5,629 bases of DNA from IMG/VR virus record IMGVR_UViG_3300028845_000175, positions 1 to 5,629 of that record; one strand, given 5' to 3'. The notes beneath the pieces are model-generated. The model was not told the origin of the DNA. It saw only the letters and a list, made by a program, of their open reading frames with translations, and searched no databases. Position 1 is the first letter of the stretch; the number at the start of each line of letters is the position of its first letter. This DNA comes from a virus. The position numbers and the translations under genes are program-made. Shown here piece after piece: positions 5,238-5,629 of the stretch.

Positions 5238-5492
5238 ATGAATACCGAATACACCCCCGGCCCGTGGATTACTGAGCACGTAGGCGACTGTATAGAGGTG
5301 GTGAACGAAGAAACGCTATTCACCATCGCCAGATGCGGGATTAAAAACGGGGCAAGGTCAGAAGCAAATGCCCGCCTCATTGCAGCGGCGCCCGAGCTAC
5401 TGGAAGCTCTTGAGGACGCCCTATGCAGCGAACCAGGGCCAGCGTTAAATGATCGACTGCGCGCAACAATTGCCAAGGCTCTTGGCGGCTGA
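5238..5492 (+). CDS. Hypothetical accessory protein (84 aa) with TPGPW and NARLIAAAPELLEALE motifs
   Basis: The purine-rich SD GGAGAGGAG (5226-5234) precedes ATG 5238. An in-frame ATG at 5220 overlaps the gene V stop (TAATG) and is an alternative start. The sequence is not low-complexity and contains motifs I recall from small uncharacterised phage proteins. Confidence 0.75.
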   Translation: MNTEYTPGPWITEHVGDCIEVVNEETLFTIARCGIKNGARSEANARLIAAAPELLEALEDALCSEPGPALNDRLRATIAKALGG

Positions 5493-5524
5493 TGTACGGC
5501 CATCCGGCTCTTGTAGTCGAACAT

Positions 5525-5553
5525 GCTCGGGCGCTCGCTCCAAGCGCCCGAGC
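5525..5553. other. GC-rich perfect hairpin without a T-tract in the rep-proximal intergenic region
   Basis: GCTCGGGCGC (5525-5534) pairs with GCGCCCGAGC (5544-5553), 10 bp with a 9-nt loop (tcgctccaa). It lies 33 nt after the orf84 stop. With no following U-run it is an unlikely simple terminator and a better candidate for an origin or packaging structure in the ssDNA. Confidence 0.5.
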
Positions 5554-5559
5554 GTTCAA

Positions 5560-5629
5560 TCGCTGGTTCTGGAAAGACGCCCGACAAGGCGTTTTTCCTG
5601 AATCTGCCCTCCCTCCTTCCCCCGCGCCA
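5560..5629. repeat. Terminal redundancy, copy 2 (identical to 1-70)
   Basis: Same 70-mer as 1-70, offset by 5559 nt. Confidence 0.95.
5573..5596 (+). terminator. Candidate intrinsic terminator after the gene V / orf84 pair (same element as 14-37)
   Basis: AAAGACGCC-cgacaa-GGCGTTTTT. The core stem is 5 bp (ACGCC/GGCGT), extendable in RNA through one G-U and three A-U pairs. The loop is 6 nt and a T5 run follows. It lies 81 nt downstream of the orf84 stop. Confidence 0.5.

Larger units (their letters stand above)
1..5629 (+). mobile_element. Complete filamentous ssDNA phage (inovirus-like) genome; circular unit 5559 nt, and the window overlaps itself by 70 nt
   Basis: All genes are on one strand and tightly packed or overlapping. 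Hallmark set is present: rolling-circle Rep, gene-V-like ssDNA-binding protein, 64-aa signal-peptide coat protein, large adsorption protein with low-complexity linker, small hydrophobic protein, and Zot-like P-loop ATPase. The exact 70-nt identity of the two window ends shows the genome closes on itself. Confidence 0.9.

Noticed and set aside
5207-5587. 126-aa minus-strand ORF that could have been a divergently transcribed repressor upstream of rep
   Set aside because: It is antisense to orf84, whose + strand translation carries well-formed motifs. Its own translation is R/S/A/P-rich, as expected for the wrong strand of GC-rich coding DNA. It has no SD, and it runs through the intergenic hairpins.

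Overview
The window is a complete, self-overlapping copy of a small filamentous ssDNA phage genome (inovirus type). Bases 1-70 are identical to bases 5560-5629, which implies a circular unit of 5559 nt with no host flanks. All supportable genes lie on the + strand. In circular order they are: a sigma70-like promoter (4790-4819), an Ff gene-V-like ssDNA-binding protein (4915-5220), and an 84-aa accessory ORF (5238-5492). A hairpin-rich intergenic region follows (5493-5559 continuing into 1-159). After it come a rolling-circle Rep (160-1122), a 119-aa tail-anchored ORF (1122-1481), the major coat protein (1483-1677) and a stem-loop. The last block is a Cys-rich, Thr-linker adsorption protein (g3p analogue, 1797-3203), a g6p-position hydrophobic protein (3205-3504), the Zot/g1p assembly ATPase (3501-4571), and a second intergenic region (4572-4914) with a long hairpin. 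I found no secretin, integrase, repressor, tRNA, rRNA or CRISPR array. Points worth a second look are the gene order (gene V sits promoter-proximal, split from rep by a structured intergenic region), the minimal gene set, and an AT-rich island in the N-terminal part of the adsorption protein. Others are the threonine linker replacing the usual glycine linker, the accessory ORF carrying a motif I associate with tailed-phage proteins, possible nested in-frame products, and several hairpin or repeat elements that are candidate origin, packaging or operator sites. All homology statements come from reading the translations and from memory of the families. None has been checked by a search.
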